The notes beneath the pieces were generated by a model. That model was not told the DNA's origin and searched no databases. It saw nothing but the letters and a program-made list of their open reading frames with translations. From contig CBDDCX010000008.1 in NCBI GenBank assembly GCA_965226375.1, positions 2,016,001 through 2,080,000 on the forward strand: a DNA stretch of 64,000 nucleotides, given 5' to 3'. The number at the start of each line of letters is the position of its first letter. Positions within the stretch are counted from its first letter, which is position 1. The DNA is from Longimicrobiales bacterium (GTDB taxonomy: Bacteria > Gemmatimonadota > Gemmatimonadetes > Longimicrobiales > Gaopeijiaceae). Below are positions 1 through 10,004 of the stretch, one piece after another. Made by a program: the position numbers and the translations under genes.

Positions 1-197
1 TTGCCCGTGGAGACCGGAGATCCACCTATGATCGCCCAGCCCTCATAATGGAAGCCGTTCATCAACGGCTCGAACCCGGTGAGCGTCAGTTGTAGGTCGT
101 CGATCAGCGGGACTACAGGATTGTCGTCATCGTCGCTGCAGGCGGCGCCAAGCCACGTGGTCAGCACCAGTGCGGTGGCCAACAAAGGTCTCTTCAT
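1..197 (-). CDS. Lipoprotein, 5' part only (runs off the window)
   Basis: Not in the ORF track. Manual translation from ATG 197 gives MKRPLLATALVLTTWLGAACSDDDDNPVVPLIDDLQLTLTGFEPLMNGFHYEGWAIIGGSPVSTG, with a lipobox (GAAC) and an upstream GAGGAG RBS. The YEGW..G.PVSTG motif resembles lipoproteins often labelled 'anti-sigma factor' domain. Confidence 0.75.
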   Translation of the reverse strand, partial: MKRPLLATALVLTTWLGAACSDDDDNPVVPLIDDLQLTLTGFEPLMNGFHYEGWAIIGGSPVSTG

Positions 198-608
198 GGT
201 TACTCCTCATTCGAAGGTGGATCTCCGGCAATACGGCCACGCAGGTAGAGCCACGTGACCAAACCGGGTACCATCGCTTGCACGTGGCGTGCTCGACCCT
301 CTCCTTGGGCCTAGGAGGAGCGTTTCTTGAAGGAGACAAGCGGCTTCTTCGCTGCCGTGGGCATTCCTGTGCACCCCTGCTCAGCGTTCCACGAAACATG
401 GGCTGCATGTTCCATCGCATGCCGTTGAAACGGATGGACCCTGCCTGAAGTCCCCGAAAAGCCCCGCAATCCGCCCCTTGGTCGAGGGGAACGGTTCATG
501 CATGGGAGGGCCTGAAGTCAGTCCGGACCACCGAAGCAGTCTTGTCGGGTGTACGGCCGATCCATTAGCGTGAGTCGAGGCCGGGGGAGCCGGCCAAGGA
601 GTAGATCC

Positions 609-1265
609 GTGACACTACAACGCTCACTCATGGCCCTGGTGGCCATCGCCCTCTTCGCGGGGCTGATCCCGCTCGCCCTGGTCCTCGACAAGCGACTCGA
701 GGCGGCGCTGGAGCAGAAGGCTCGCGAAGATCTGGAGCTGGCACCGCTCGTTCTGCAGGGCCGCGTTCAGGACCTGGCCGGAGGCCGGATGATGCACGCC
801 AAGGAGTTGGGGGTGACACCCGGCCTGGCCGTCGCACTTGCGTCCGGAGACGACGAGCGAGCCCAGACCCTGCTGGGCGGCGCCCCGGGATATCCCGGTG
901 AGCGTCCACTTCTGGTGGGCCCCGGGGGCCAATCGCTGGTCGGACCGTTGCCGCCCGCCACGCTCGTTGACCAGACGCGGGACGGCGGCATGCCCGTCCG
1001 GGTGATACTGCTCGGCGACAGCCTGCTTGCCACGATCACCCTCGCTCCCGTCATGCATGACGGCAGTTGGGTAGGCAGCGCCGGTATCTGGGCACCGGTC
1101 GACATGGATGAATCGGCGCATCTGGCAGCGCTGACTCGAACCAACGTGCTGATCTCGTTCGCGGCCGGCACCCTGGGCCCGTACTCAGGCCAGGGCGAGG
1201 CGGCCATGGGCCTCCAGGCCGCCCTGGTCGACCGGGGATTCTCCTACTGCCCATCGGATACATGA
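609..1265 (+). pseudogene. Truncated membrane sensor protein (TM helix plus periplasmic domain; second TM and output domain missing)
   Basis: GTG at 609 follows AAGGAG. There is a TM segment (LMALVAIALFAGLIPLALVL) and then about 180 aa of soluble sequence. The frame runs into unrelated porin-like DNA at about 1235 and stops 10 codons later. Confidence 0.55.
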
Positions 1266-2059
1266 ACCAGAACCACGACAGTCCCAAGTGGGACTTCGTA
1301 GAGAGGCCTCTCGTCACGACCGAGATCATCCCATCTACCCTCAGCGAAGTGGGCGGCGGCGTGTACGGCAAGGTGCCGGTGAGCGCGGGGATCCTGTCCT
1401 ACGACGCCTACGTGAGCAACGGCCTGGGCGACGGCGTGGTGGAGAACGACGCCGGTCGCACGCACATTCCGTCGGGCAAGAATGAGGAGCAGTTCGCCGA
1501 GGACAACAACGGGTCGCCGGCCCTGTCGGCACGGGTCGGGTTCCGCCGTCCCGGCCTGGGTGAGGTAGGCGTATCGTGGTATGGCGGCACCTACAACTCC
1601 TTCCGTGTGGAAGGTGAAGAGGTGGACGAGCGTCGGCGGGTGGACCTTGTGGCGCTCGACGTCGGTGCGACCGTGGGCCCGGTGAACATCCGGAGTGAGG
1701 TCGCTTGGGCCCGCATCGACGTCCCCAGCGGGCTGGAGGAGGTGTTCGGTGGGAGTCAGTGGGGCGCACACGTCGACCTGATCGTGCCGGTGTGGGAACC
1801 GGCGATCGCGGGCTACCCAAACGCCAAGCTGTCCCTCGGCCTGCGACTAGAACGGGTGGACTTCAATACGGGCACGTTCTCCAGCACCGGGGAACGCATT
1901 GGCGACGAGGTCAGCGCACTGGTGCCGGGGGTGTCGTTCCGGCTGTCGGCCGACACGGTGTTCCGGCTCAACTTCCGTTACGATGGGATCACCGACTTCG
2001 TTGGGAATGAGCCTGCCCGCTCGGCCGGCTGGCAGCTCGGGTTCGCCACGTACTTCTAA
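1235..2059 (+). pseudogene. C-terminal fragment of an outer-membrane beta-barrel (porin-like) protein
   Basis: The frame starts mid-protein (GILLLPIGYMNQNHDSPKWDFVERPLV) with no signal peptide. It has amphipathic strands and ends in a beta-signal with terminal Phe (LGFATYF). Confidence 0.7.
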
Positions 2060-2099
2060 AAGGCCGTCGAAGAAGTACAGTGAGAGGTCGAAGTCTTCG

Positions 2100-2948
2100 T
2101 TACTCCGAGATCTCGCCCAGGTCAGACACCGCATCGACCGCCAGGCCCCCGTATACCTCGGGAACCCACTTCATACCGTCCGCGGGTGGCCGCTCGTAGT
2201 CGGGATCCCGCTGAAGCTCAGGGAGCTCCACGGGATCGTCCGGAAGATCCACGTAAGAAATTCTCTCGAGAAGGTGGTGGATGCAGTTCAGCCGCGCGTG
2301 ACGCTTTACGTCGGCTTTCACCACATACCAAGGCGCAACGTCCGTGTCCGTTGCGGCAAACATCGCGTCCTTGGCTCGAGAGTAGTCTGTCCACTTCGCC
2401 CGCGAGGCCACGTCCACCGGCCCGACCTTCCACCGCTTCCGCGGATCACGGATGCGTTCTAGGAAGCGACGCTCCTGCTCTTCCGCGCTTATGGCGAACC
2501 AATACTTGATAAGAATGATCCCGGAACGCACGAGCATGGTCTCGAACTCGGGACAGGACCTGAGGAACTCCCGATACTCGTCATCCGTGCAAAACCCCAT
2601 CACACGTTCAACGCCCGCTCGGTTGTACCAGCTCCGGTCGAACAGGACCATCTCGCCTGATGCGGGGAGATGGGGTACGTAACGTTGAAAGTACCACTGG
2701 CTCTTCTCACGCTCCGTCGGGATACCCAAGGCCACGACCTTGACTACGCGAGCGTTGAGCCGTTGGGTGATTCGCTTGATCACGCCCCCCTTCCCCGCAG
2801 CATCTCGGCCCTCGAAGACGACCGCCACCCTCACGCCCTCGGCTTTGATCCAGTCCTGAAGGCTCACTAGCTCCTCTTGGAGATTCAGGAGCTCACGGTC
2901 GTAGAACTTGCCCTTGATGCGGCCGTCCGAGCCGTACTGCTCCGTCAC
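2100..2948 (-). CDS. ppk2: Polyphosphate kinase 2
   Basis: Walker A FEGRDAAGKGG, plus QWYFQRY and FDRSWYNRAGVERVMGFC motifs; single domain of 282 aa. Confidence 0.96.
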   Translation of the reverse strand: MTEQYGSDGRIKGKFYDRELLNLQEELVSLQDWIKAEGVRVAVVFEGRDAAGKGGVIKRITQRLNARVVKVVALGIPTEREKSQWYFQRYVPHLPASGEMVLFDRSWYNRAGVERVMGFCTDDEYREFLRSCPEFETMLVRSGIILIKYWFAISAEEQERRFLERIRDPRKRWKVGPVDVASRAKWTDYSRAKDAMFAATDTDVAPWYVVKADVKRHARLNCIHHLLERISYVDLPDDPVELPELQRDPDYERPPADGMKWVPEVYGGLAVDAVSDLGEISE

Positions 2949-4096
2949 CTGAACCCGTCTCCGTCGGAATCTCCTGACGCGTGCCAGGCCGCGAGAACTT
3001 CTGCCTCTCTCTCAGCGGTGATGCCGGCACGGAAATTTGCCTGGCGCTCAGTCGGTCTGGAAAAATGATACTCGAGCGTATCTCGTGCGGTGACCGCCAG
3101 CGGCCGGAAGGTCAGCCCGGCTGCAACCTCAGGAGAGAGATCGAAGCGCGCGAACCCCTGCCGACCCTCTGTAGGTGGCATCCACACCGGCATATCGGAA
3201 TAGGGCCTGATCCCGATGTTCGTGAGAAAATCGTAGTTCACCCACGTGAACGTAGTCTCTGCAGTGGTGACGGCCCGAATTCCGTAGAGAAGCTCGGCCA
3301 AGGGGCGAGGAGTGGCCGGTCCGACCCCGTTGAACACGCCCGTGTGACCGGTCTCGGCCATGCGGATCATCCACTCCGTAAGGTCGCGAACATCGATGAT
3401 CTGAATCGGGTCGGACGGATCGCCTGGGGCCAGGACCTCTCCACCGCGGTGGATGCGGACCGGCCAATACGTAAACCGGTCGGTTTCGTCACCGGGACCG
3501 ATAATCAGTCCGGGCCGAACCACGTTGGTCCGTCCCACGAAGATCCGCTGGGCCTCGCGTTCGGAGAGAGCCTTGGCGAGGCCGTACGGCAGTCGCTCGG
3601 AGTCACGGGGCACACCGGCGGTCTCGTACGTGAACGCCGGCGCGTTCGCAGTCATGGGAATCCGGCTCGTGTCGGCGTACGCGGATCGAGACGAAACGTA
3701 GAAGTACCGATCCACGGAGTCCTTCAGAAACTCGGCGGACATGCGCACCCAGTCGGGATTCGACCGAGAATTGTCGATGACCACGTCCCAGGTCCGACCC
3801 CTCAACGAGTCGAGCTGTCCATTCCGATCCCCGATGAGCGTCTCGATCTCGGGGAAGAGATCTGCGTTCGTGCGACCTCGGTTGAAGAGCGTCACTGAAT
3901 GGCCCCGATCCAACGCATACCGCACCTGAAAGGGGCCGATGAAGCCAGTGCCGCCGAGGATGAGGATGCGCAAGGGGGCCTGCGGCGTAGGACTCGAGTC
4001 GGCGATCGCCTCCCCCACCAGGGGCGAAACCCCCAAGCCCAACGCTCCACTCGCCACAGCAGAAAGCCTCAGAAAGTTTCTTCGATCTGTCCGCAT
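2945..4096 (-). CDS. NAD-dependent epimerase/dehydratase (extended SDR) with Tat signal
   Basis: Twin-arginine DRRNFL signal; GGTGFIG Rossmann motif; YGLAK catalytic motif; RPGLIIGPGD.TDRFTYW. Confidence 0.9.
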   Translation of the reverse strand: MRTDRRNFLRLSAVASGALGLGVSPLVGEAIADSSPTPQAPLRILILGGTGFIGPFQVRYALDRGHSVTLFNRGRTNADLFPEIETLIGDRNGQLDSLRGRTWDVVIDNSRSNPDWVRMSAEFLKDSVDRYFYVSSRSAYADTSRIPMTANAPAFTYETAGVPRDSERLPYGLAKALSEREAQRIFVGRTNVVRPGLIIGPGDETDRFTYWPVRIHRGGEVLAPGDPSDPIQIIDVRDLTEWMIRMAETGHTGVFNGVGPATPRPLAELLYGIRAVTTAETTFTWVNYDFLTNIGIRPYSDMPVWMPPTEGRQGFARFDLSPEVAAGLTFRPLAVTARDTLEYHFSRPTERQANFRAGITAEREAEVLAAWHASGDSDGDGFR

Positions 4097-4266
4097 ACCG
4101 CCCCCCATTGTCGGCGTCGCTCGGATCCGTGCCCGCGACCCACAACCTGCGACGACGCCGGCCCCCGCTCAAGGCCCGGCGGGTTGCGGCTCCCCCCGTC
4201 GAGCCCCACATGTACATCACCGATGCGTGGGCATGTGGACGGCCTTCAACGAGATGGAGTAGATCG

Positions 4267-5351
4267 ATGAGTAATGAGCGATCCGGAATCGATCGGCGGG
4301 ATTTTTTCGCCACAGCGTGGGCGTAGGAGCGGGCGCATTGGCTCTAGGCCGTCTACCCGAGGGCGTTGTCCGCACGAGCGGTGCGGTGGCGGGCACACCC
4401 CTGATCATCACGAGCCACTCGAACGAGACGGGTCAGGAGGCCATGCGACAGGCGTGGGCGATCCTGAACAACGGAGGCTCAGCTCTGGACGCTGTGGAAC
4501 GGGGCGCCAACGTCATCGAAGTGGACCCGGAAGACTCCAGTGTCGGATACGGGGGGCTTCCGAACGAACACGGGGTGGTCCAGCTCGACGCGTCCATCAT
4601 GGACGGAAAGACCTACAACGCGGGCTCCGTCGCGTCGCTCGAGAACATCAAGACACCCGCGTCCGTCGCCCGTCTCGTCATGGAGCGTACCGATCACGTG
4701 ATGTTGATCGGCCAGGGGGCCCTCGAGTTCGCGCGGTCGTTCGGGTTCGAAGAGGTGGACCTCATGACCGAGAAGTCCCGGGCAGCCTGGCTCCGTTGGC
4801 GTGAGGAGCACAGCGATCGGGACGACTGGGGAGCCCCCGACCACCTGCGGCGGCCCATGGGGGACCAGATGGGTAGCTGGGAGGAGAAGGTCGACTTCCA
4901 CTACGGCACGACGAACGTCCTGGCGGTGGACTCGAACGGGGACATCTCCGGCATCACCACCACGAGCGGGCTGAGCTGGAAGATCAACGGACGTATCGGT
5001 GATTCCCCGGTCATCGGGGCAGGCCTTTACGTCGGCAACGACACTGGAGCGGCGGGAGCGACCGGGCGTGGAGAAGACGTCATCAAGTGCTGCGCCTCGT
5101 ACTACATCGTCATGCGAATGAGTCAAGGGCGCTCGCCCCAGCAGGCGTGCGAAGACGCGTGTGAGCTCATCGTCCACAAGTACCGGAACGTGAACCCGAA
5201 CTACTTCCCGTCGGAGAAGTTCGTGGCCATCAACAAGGACGGGGACTTCGGCGCCGCGTCGATGGGCAATACCCGGGGCCGTCCCCAAATGACGGTGCGG
5301 CACGCGCAAGGGTTGGAGATTTACCAGGGCAGCACCCAGTACACCGGCTAA
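4267..5351 (+). CDS. Type 2 asparaginase / glycosylasparaginase (Ntn hydrolase) with Tat signal; frameshift in the signal region
   Basis: SVGYGGLP, LDASIMDG, the autocleavage site G|TT and GRIGDSPVIGAG are present. ATG 4267 (GGAG RBS) encodes MSNERSGIDRRDF, which is joined to the 4317 ORF by adding one base in the T6 run at 4302-4307. Confidence 0.9.
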
Positions 5352-5366
5352 TCGCAGGCGCCGTTA

Positions 5367-5463
5367 CATAGGTAGTCCACTCAGTAGGTGGTGCACCTCG
5401 ATGGGTAGTCCACCCGATGGGTAGTGCACCCGGTGGGCGGCCCACTCGATGGGCGGCCCACTC
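5367..5463. repeat. Six degenerate tandem 16-17 bp repeats
   Basis: Units: CATAGGTAGTCCACTC, AGTAGGTGGTGCACCTC, GATGGGTAGTCCACCC, GATGGGTAGTGCACCC, GGTGGGCGGCCCACTC, GATGGGCGGCCCACTC. Confidence 0.85.
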
Positions 5464-5481
5464 GGCCGATTTTGCCGAGAT

Positions 5482-5514
5482 GCCCCGGTCCGGTCCGAAT
5501 GGCCGGACCGGGGC
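5482..5514. terminator. Strong GC hairpin between convergent genes (probable terminator or stabiliser)
   Basis: GCCCCGGTCCGGTC-CGAAT-GGCCGGACCGGGGC forms a 14-bp stem with one G-U pair. There is no clear U-tract. Confidence 0.55.
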
Positions 5515-5521
5515 CTTCCGT

Positions 5522-8209
5522 TCAGTCCTGCCGAAGCACCGTGGCCGGATCCACGATGATGGCCCGGCGAGCCGGCAGATAAGCGGCTAGCAGGGAAAGT
5601 GCCACGAATCCCAGAGCCACCACTCCGAACACGAGGGGGTCACGGGGTGCAACACCGAAAAGGAAACTCTCCAGAACACGCCCGAAGGCGAGCGCCAGAA
5701 GTACGCCACCGCCGATCCCGAAGGCCACGATCGTACCTGCACGGCCCAGCACCAGGCGAAGCACCGTGTCACCCCGGGCCCCCATGGCCATCCGGATAGC
5801 GATCTCCCTGGTGCGCTCCCCCACAAGGGACGACATGGCGGCGAAGAGTCCGACACAGGCCAGGATCATGGCCAACGCCGCCGCCGCGGCCATCATTGCC
5901 GCCTGGAATCGCGCACCGGCCGTGATTTGAGCGGTCCACTCGGTCATGGAGCGAATCTCCCTGACGGGCTGTTCCGGATCCACTCGTCTGATGGCGGCCC
6001 GGAGAGCCTCCGCGGCGGCGCCGGATTCGAGCGAACTCCGAACGACATACGTCTTGCTCGTGAGACCCTCGATGGAGTATGGGGTGTAGAGTTCGGGCCG
6101 AACATCCCGGGCCGGGCCGTAGTGCTTCACATCGTCCACCACACCCACCACCGACATAGGCTCATCAACACCACCAAGCCAGAGACGCCGACCCACCGCG
6201 TCTCCATCGGGCCAATACATGGAAGCCATCAGATCATTTACCAATACGGTGCCCCCACCCCCGAGATCGTCGGAGCGCAGGTCCCTTCCCTGCCGAATCC
6301 GAATACCCATGGTCTCGAAATAGCCCGGGCTGATGCCGCGGACGGCCACGGCCGGCTCGCGGCCTTCCTCCGTCACACCCTCGATGGAGACCTGCGTCTG
6401 CGCGGAGGACCCGCTGAGCGGGAGCGAGTTGATCATTCCCGAGGACTCCACACCCGGAAGTGCGGCGAGCTCCGCCAATACGTCTCGCGTGAAAGCGGCG
6501 CGTTCCTCGTAGGTGGTCACTCGACCCCAAGCCAGAGCCACGGTCGCGGCGGTCACGCCCTCGGGTTCGAAGCCCAAATCGGTCGAGGCCAGCCGATGGA
6601 AGCTGCGCCCCAAGAGACCTGCCCCCGCCAGCAGTGCAAAGGAGGTCACCAGTTGGGCTGTGGCCAGGGTCGCACGGAGCCGCCACCCGGAACCGCGGCT
6701 CCCAAGCTTGCCGGCTCTGAGACGCTGGGCCGGATCGGACCCCGACGCCACCCAAGCCGACAACGTTCCGAATCCCACAGCCGACGCGAGAGCGAGGACC
6801 AAGCTGAACGCCAATACCGGGGCGTCGATGGTGACCGCATCGAGGCGAGGAAGCTCGCCCGGTTCGATGGCGCGGAGAACCGACAGTCCACCGTAAGCCA
6901 ATCCGAGGCCCACCACGGCCCCGCCGCAGGAAAGTAGAAGGCTCTCCGCCAGCACCTGTCCCAGGATACGGCCCCGACCCGCTCCCATAGCCACCCGTGT
7001 CGCCAACTCCCGACCTCGAGCAAGCATACGGGTCACACTCAGGTTGGCCACGTTGGCGCACGCAATAACCAACACCAGCAGCATCGTCCCCAGTAGAAGC
7101 AGGAGCGTCGGCCTGAACTCACCGAGAATCAGGTCCGGCCACGTGATGAGCTGGATCTGCCATGCACCGTTGGCATCCGGGTACGCGCTCCGCAGATCCC
7201 CATCCAGAACCGCCATCTCGGCCTGGGCCCTCGTCAAGTCGATGTCGCCCCCCAACCTCGCCACCACACTGTACGACCGGTTCCCCCGCTGATCGTCAGA
7301 ACTCAAATCGAAGGGCCGCCAGACCTGAATCTCGACTTCGGGGCCCATCCACTCGCCCGGCGCCGAGAACCCAGCCGGCATGACGCCGACGATCGTGTAG
7401 GGATTCCCGTCCAACCGGGCCGTCCGACCGACGATGTCAGGATCGGACCCGAAGCCGCGGGCCCAGAGCCCATGACCCAGGATGGCCACCTGCTCGCCAC
7501 CCGCCGTCTCTTCCGTCGAAAAGCTCCGGCCCAGGAGCGGCTGGACCCCGAAAACGTCGAAGAACTCAGACGTCACATAGGCGCTATAAGCGTACTCGGG
7601 TAGCGCATCCGTGCCCACGGACGCGCTGCGTCCCCGGAAAAGGGCCATGGACTCGAACGCGGTGTTCTGATCACGCCAGTCACGAAAGTTCGGGATCGAC
7701 GTAAAGCCGACTGGCATGTCGATTTCCGGATTGTCCTCCGACACGGAGACAATCCGGTCCGCCTCAGGGTATGGCAGCGGCGCCATGAGCACACCACTCA
7801 CCAGCGAGAACACGATGACGTTCGCCCCGACCCCCAGCCCCAGGGTCACCGCGACTACGATGACGAACCAGGGAGACCGCCGAAGCTGCCTCATCGCGGT
7901 ACCCAACCCGTGTAATACGTTGCTCATCATTCCCCCTCCTCTTCGTCCACTTCCCGTTGCGAATCGCTGAGCTTGTTCCCTCTCTCGAGCGTCCACACCG
8001 ACTAGACCAGAAAGGCGACGCGCCGGGTACCGCAGGGCCGCTCCCATGGCCTGGCGTGCGTACCACAGGTCCGCGCTCCACCTTCCCAACGACTCCATTC
8101 GCTCATGGTGCAGTTCCTCCAGGTCACCGAGCAGTCCGTCTCGGATCACGCCGGGAGGAAGGGCACCGGCCAATAACCAGCGAAGGATCAACGGTGGGCG
8201 TGGTCTCAC
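5522..8209 (-). CDS. Duplicated orphan permease (ADOP-type; two MacB_PCD plus FtsX halves), intact
   Basis: Motifs TLGLGVGANVIVFS, LVIACANVANL, RELATRVAMGA, RTREIAIRMAMGA and YLPARRA..VDP; N-terminal GDLEE..WY prefix. GTG 8209 overlaps the padR stop. Confidence 0.93.
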   Translation of the reverse strand: MRPRPPLILRWLLAGALPPGVIRDGLLGDLEELHHERMESLGRWSADLWYARQAMGAALRYPARRLSGLVGVDAREREQAQRFATGSGRRGGGMMSNVLHGLGTAMRQLRRSPWFVIVVAVTLGLGVGANVIVFSLVSGVLMAPLPYPEADRIVSVSEDNPEIDMPVGFTSIPNFRDWRDQNTAFESMALFRGRSASVGTDALPEYAYSAYVTSEFFDVFGVQPLLGRSFSTEETAGGEQVAILGHGLWARGFGSDPDIVGRTARLDGNPYTIVGVMPAGFSAPGEWMGPEVEIQVWRPFDLSSDDQRGNRSYSVVARLGGDIDLTRAQAEMAVLDGDLRSAYPDANGAWQIQLITWPDLILGEFRPTLLLLLGTMLLVLVIACANVANLSVTRMLARGRELATRVAMGAGRGRILGQVLAESLLLSCGGAVVGLGLAYGGLSVLRAIEPGELPRLDAVTIDAPVLAFSLVLALASAVGFGTLSAWVASGSDPAQRLRAGKLGSRGSGWRLRATLATAQLVTSFALLAGAGLLGRSFHRLASTDLGFEPEGVTAATVALAWGRVTTYEERAAFTRDVLAELAALPGVESSGMINSLPLSGSSAQTQVSIEGVTEEGREPAVAVRGISPGYFETMGIRIRQGRDLRSDDLGGGGTVLVNDLMASMYWPDGDAVGRRLWLGGVDEPMSVVGVVDDVKHYGPARDVRPELYTPYSIEGLTSKTYVVRSSLESGAAAEALRAAIRRVDPEQPVREIRSMTEWTAQITAGARFQAAMMAAAAALAMILACVGLFAAMSSLVGERTREIAIRMAMGARGDTVLRLVLGRAGTIVAFGIGGGVLLALAFGRVLESFLFGVAPRDPLVFGVVALGFVALSLLAAYLPARRAIIVDPATVLRQD

Positions 8210-8535
8210 GATTGCTCGAGCCTCGTCTCCAAGCCTTCCCAAATCCGTAGGAGGGCCTCTCGATGCTCACCCAGGGCTCGAACGCCCTCACGAGTGACCG
8301 TCACGAATCGCTTGGGGCGCCCCCCCCGGCCGGATTCCTGTTCCCCCGCCGAAGATGAGATGAGGCCCTTCTTCTCGAGACGATCCAAGGTGATGTACAG
8401 CGAGCCGGCCTGCACTTCGCGGCCCGTCCGATCCTCGATCTCGCGAATGAGCGCAGCACCATACGCGGACTCCAACCTCATCGAGGCCGCCAATACCAAA
8501 TGCTCGAATTCGCCTAGAAAGGTCTTCCCACCCAT
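8206..8535 (-). CDS. PadR-family transcriptional regulator
   Basis: LGEFEHLVL..AYG..GSLYITLDRLEKKG..RGGRPKRF winged helix. Confidence 0.93.
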   Translation of the reverse strand: MGGKTFLGEFEHLVLAASMRLESAYGAALIREIEDRTGREVQAGSLYITLDRLEKKGLISSSAGEQESGRGGRPKRFVTVTREGVRALGEHREALLRIWEGLETRLEQS

Positions 8536-8574
8536 TGCACGCTCCGGCTCACCTGTGTATCACAGGATTAGATG

Positions 8575-8628
8575 CAACTCAACAAAGTTATGTTACAGGA
8601 ACATAACTTTGTTGAGTTGGTGGGTCAA
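8575..8628 (-). promoter_or_regulatory. Sigma70-type promoter of padR-permease, overlapped by a perfect 20-bp inverted repeat (operator)
   Basis: Minus strand TTGACC (8628-8623), 17-bp spacer, TATGTT (8605-8600). The inverted repeat is CAACTCAACAAAGTTATGTT (8575-8594)-ACAGG-AACATAACTTTGTTGAGTTG (8600-8619). Confidence 0.8.
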
Positions 8629-8648
8629 GGCTGTGGAGCGCCCTGGGG

Positions 8649-9705
8649 CTATTCCGCGCGCAGAGCCGCGACCGGATCCACCCTGGTGGCCCGCCTGGCC
8701 GGTAACCAGCTCGCCAAGAGACTCACGATGACGAGGACAATGGGCGCCCCCGCGAAGGTCCAGGGGTCGGTGGCCGATACCTCATAGAGGACGGCACCCA
8801 TAAGCCGCGTCAGCGCAAAGGCACCCACCAAACCCACGATGACACCTCCGGCCAGGACGGTGACTCCTTGGCGCACGATCATGCGCTGAACGTCCTCCCC
8901 ACGGGCACCGAGAGCGACCCGCACACCGATCTCTCGAGTGCGTTGGCTCACCACGTACGAGATCACCCCGAAGAGCCCGATGGCTCCCAGGAGAAGCGCC
9001 ACGCTGGCCGCGATTCCCAAGAGCGTCATGGTGAACGACGTGCTCGCCATGGCCTCCGAGACGATGGAGTTCATGGTACGTGCGTTACTGATCGGCACCG
9101 TCGAGTCGATCTCCCTTACGATCCGACGGACGGCGGGCAAGATGGTAAGGGGGTCTCCGGCGGTCCGCACCGCGATGAACATTCGGTCAAACCGGAAACG
9201 CTTCCATGCTCCGGCCACCATCGGTAGATAGGCCAGCGGACGGACATCGTCGGTGAGCTCCAACTCACGAGCATTCCCGACGATCTCGCCCCACTGCCCC
9301 TCTTCTCTACCAAAGCGAACCCGCTCACCCAGAGCCTCGCCGTCGAAGAAGGTTCGGGAGAAGCTCTCGTTTACCCACGCCACCGGGACTTCTCCTGAGT
9401 GATCCGTGGTCGTCATGGCCCTACCCTCACGTATAGGGATCCCGATCGTCTCCAGATACCCCGGCGAAACCGCCTTGAACATGGACACCGGAGGTAGCGC
9501 ACCTTCTTCCCGTGGCTGAGACTCGATCCAGAACGACCCACCGTTCATGCCGGCGGGATTCACCGGCAACGAGTTCGTGGCCCCCACTGAGGTGACCCCC
9601 GGAAGGCTCCTTACTTCCTCGACGACCTGCTGGTAGAAGCGAGCAGCCTCCGCCTCGCCGACACCCTCACCGAGACTGAGTGTCACAGCTAGAACACCCT
9701 CCTCC
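8649..9705 (-). pseudogene. C-terminal half of a second duplicated permease, fused in frame to an IS481 transposase N-terminus
   Basis: Runs from EGVLAVTLSL through SQRTREIGVRVALGA to WLPARRATRVDPVAALRAE. The TM segment that normally precedes it is missing. Confidence 0.88.
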
Positions 9706-10004
9706 TCCACGGCGTGCGGGCAGTGATGGGGTCGGCGCGATCGCTCTTGCAGTCCCTCGAATCCCTCTGCGCGGAAGCGATTCCACCAGGTGTATCCCGC
9801 GGTCCTGCTGATACCGTAGCGCCTACAGGACTCGGCGAAACTGAACGTCCGTTGTTGCACTTCGAGGATGAAGCGTACTCTTTGCTCGTACATGGTCGAC
9901 CGGTTCCAGTCCATCGGGCTCTCCTTGTTGCAGAACCCTGGTTGATAGGAACCTGTCAACCATCAGTGTAGGTCATTGTGTAAAGGATCAGGGTAGGCTG
10001 TACC
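9706..10004 (-). mobile_element. IS481-family remnant (left end plus HTH part of the transposase)
   Basis: Encodes MDWNRSTMYEQRVRFI..AESCRRYGISRTAGYTWWNRFRAEG..GLQERSRRPHHCP. Two 19-bp direct repeats (9954-9972 and 9979-9997, 15/19 identical) lie near the end. The DDE domain and right end are absent. Confidence 0.8.

Noticed and set aside
258..273. Sigma54 promoter for the lipoprotein gene (minus strand TGGTAC-N5-TTGG)
   Set aside because: The -12 GC is replaced by GG; suggestive next to a sensor gene but too weak to call.
5367..5463. CRISPR array
   Set aside because: The units are 16-17 bp, directly abutting and degenerate, with no unique spacers and no cas genes.
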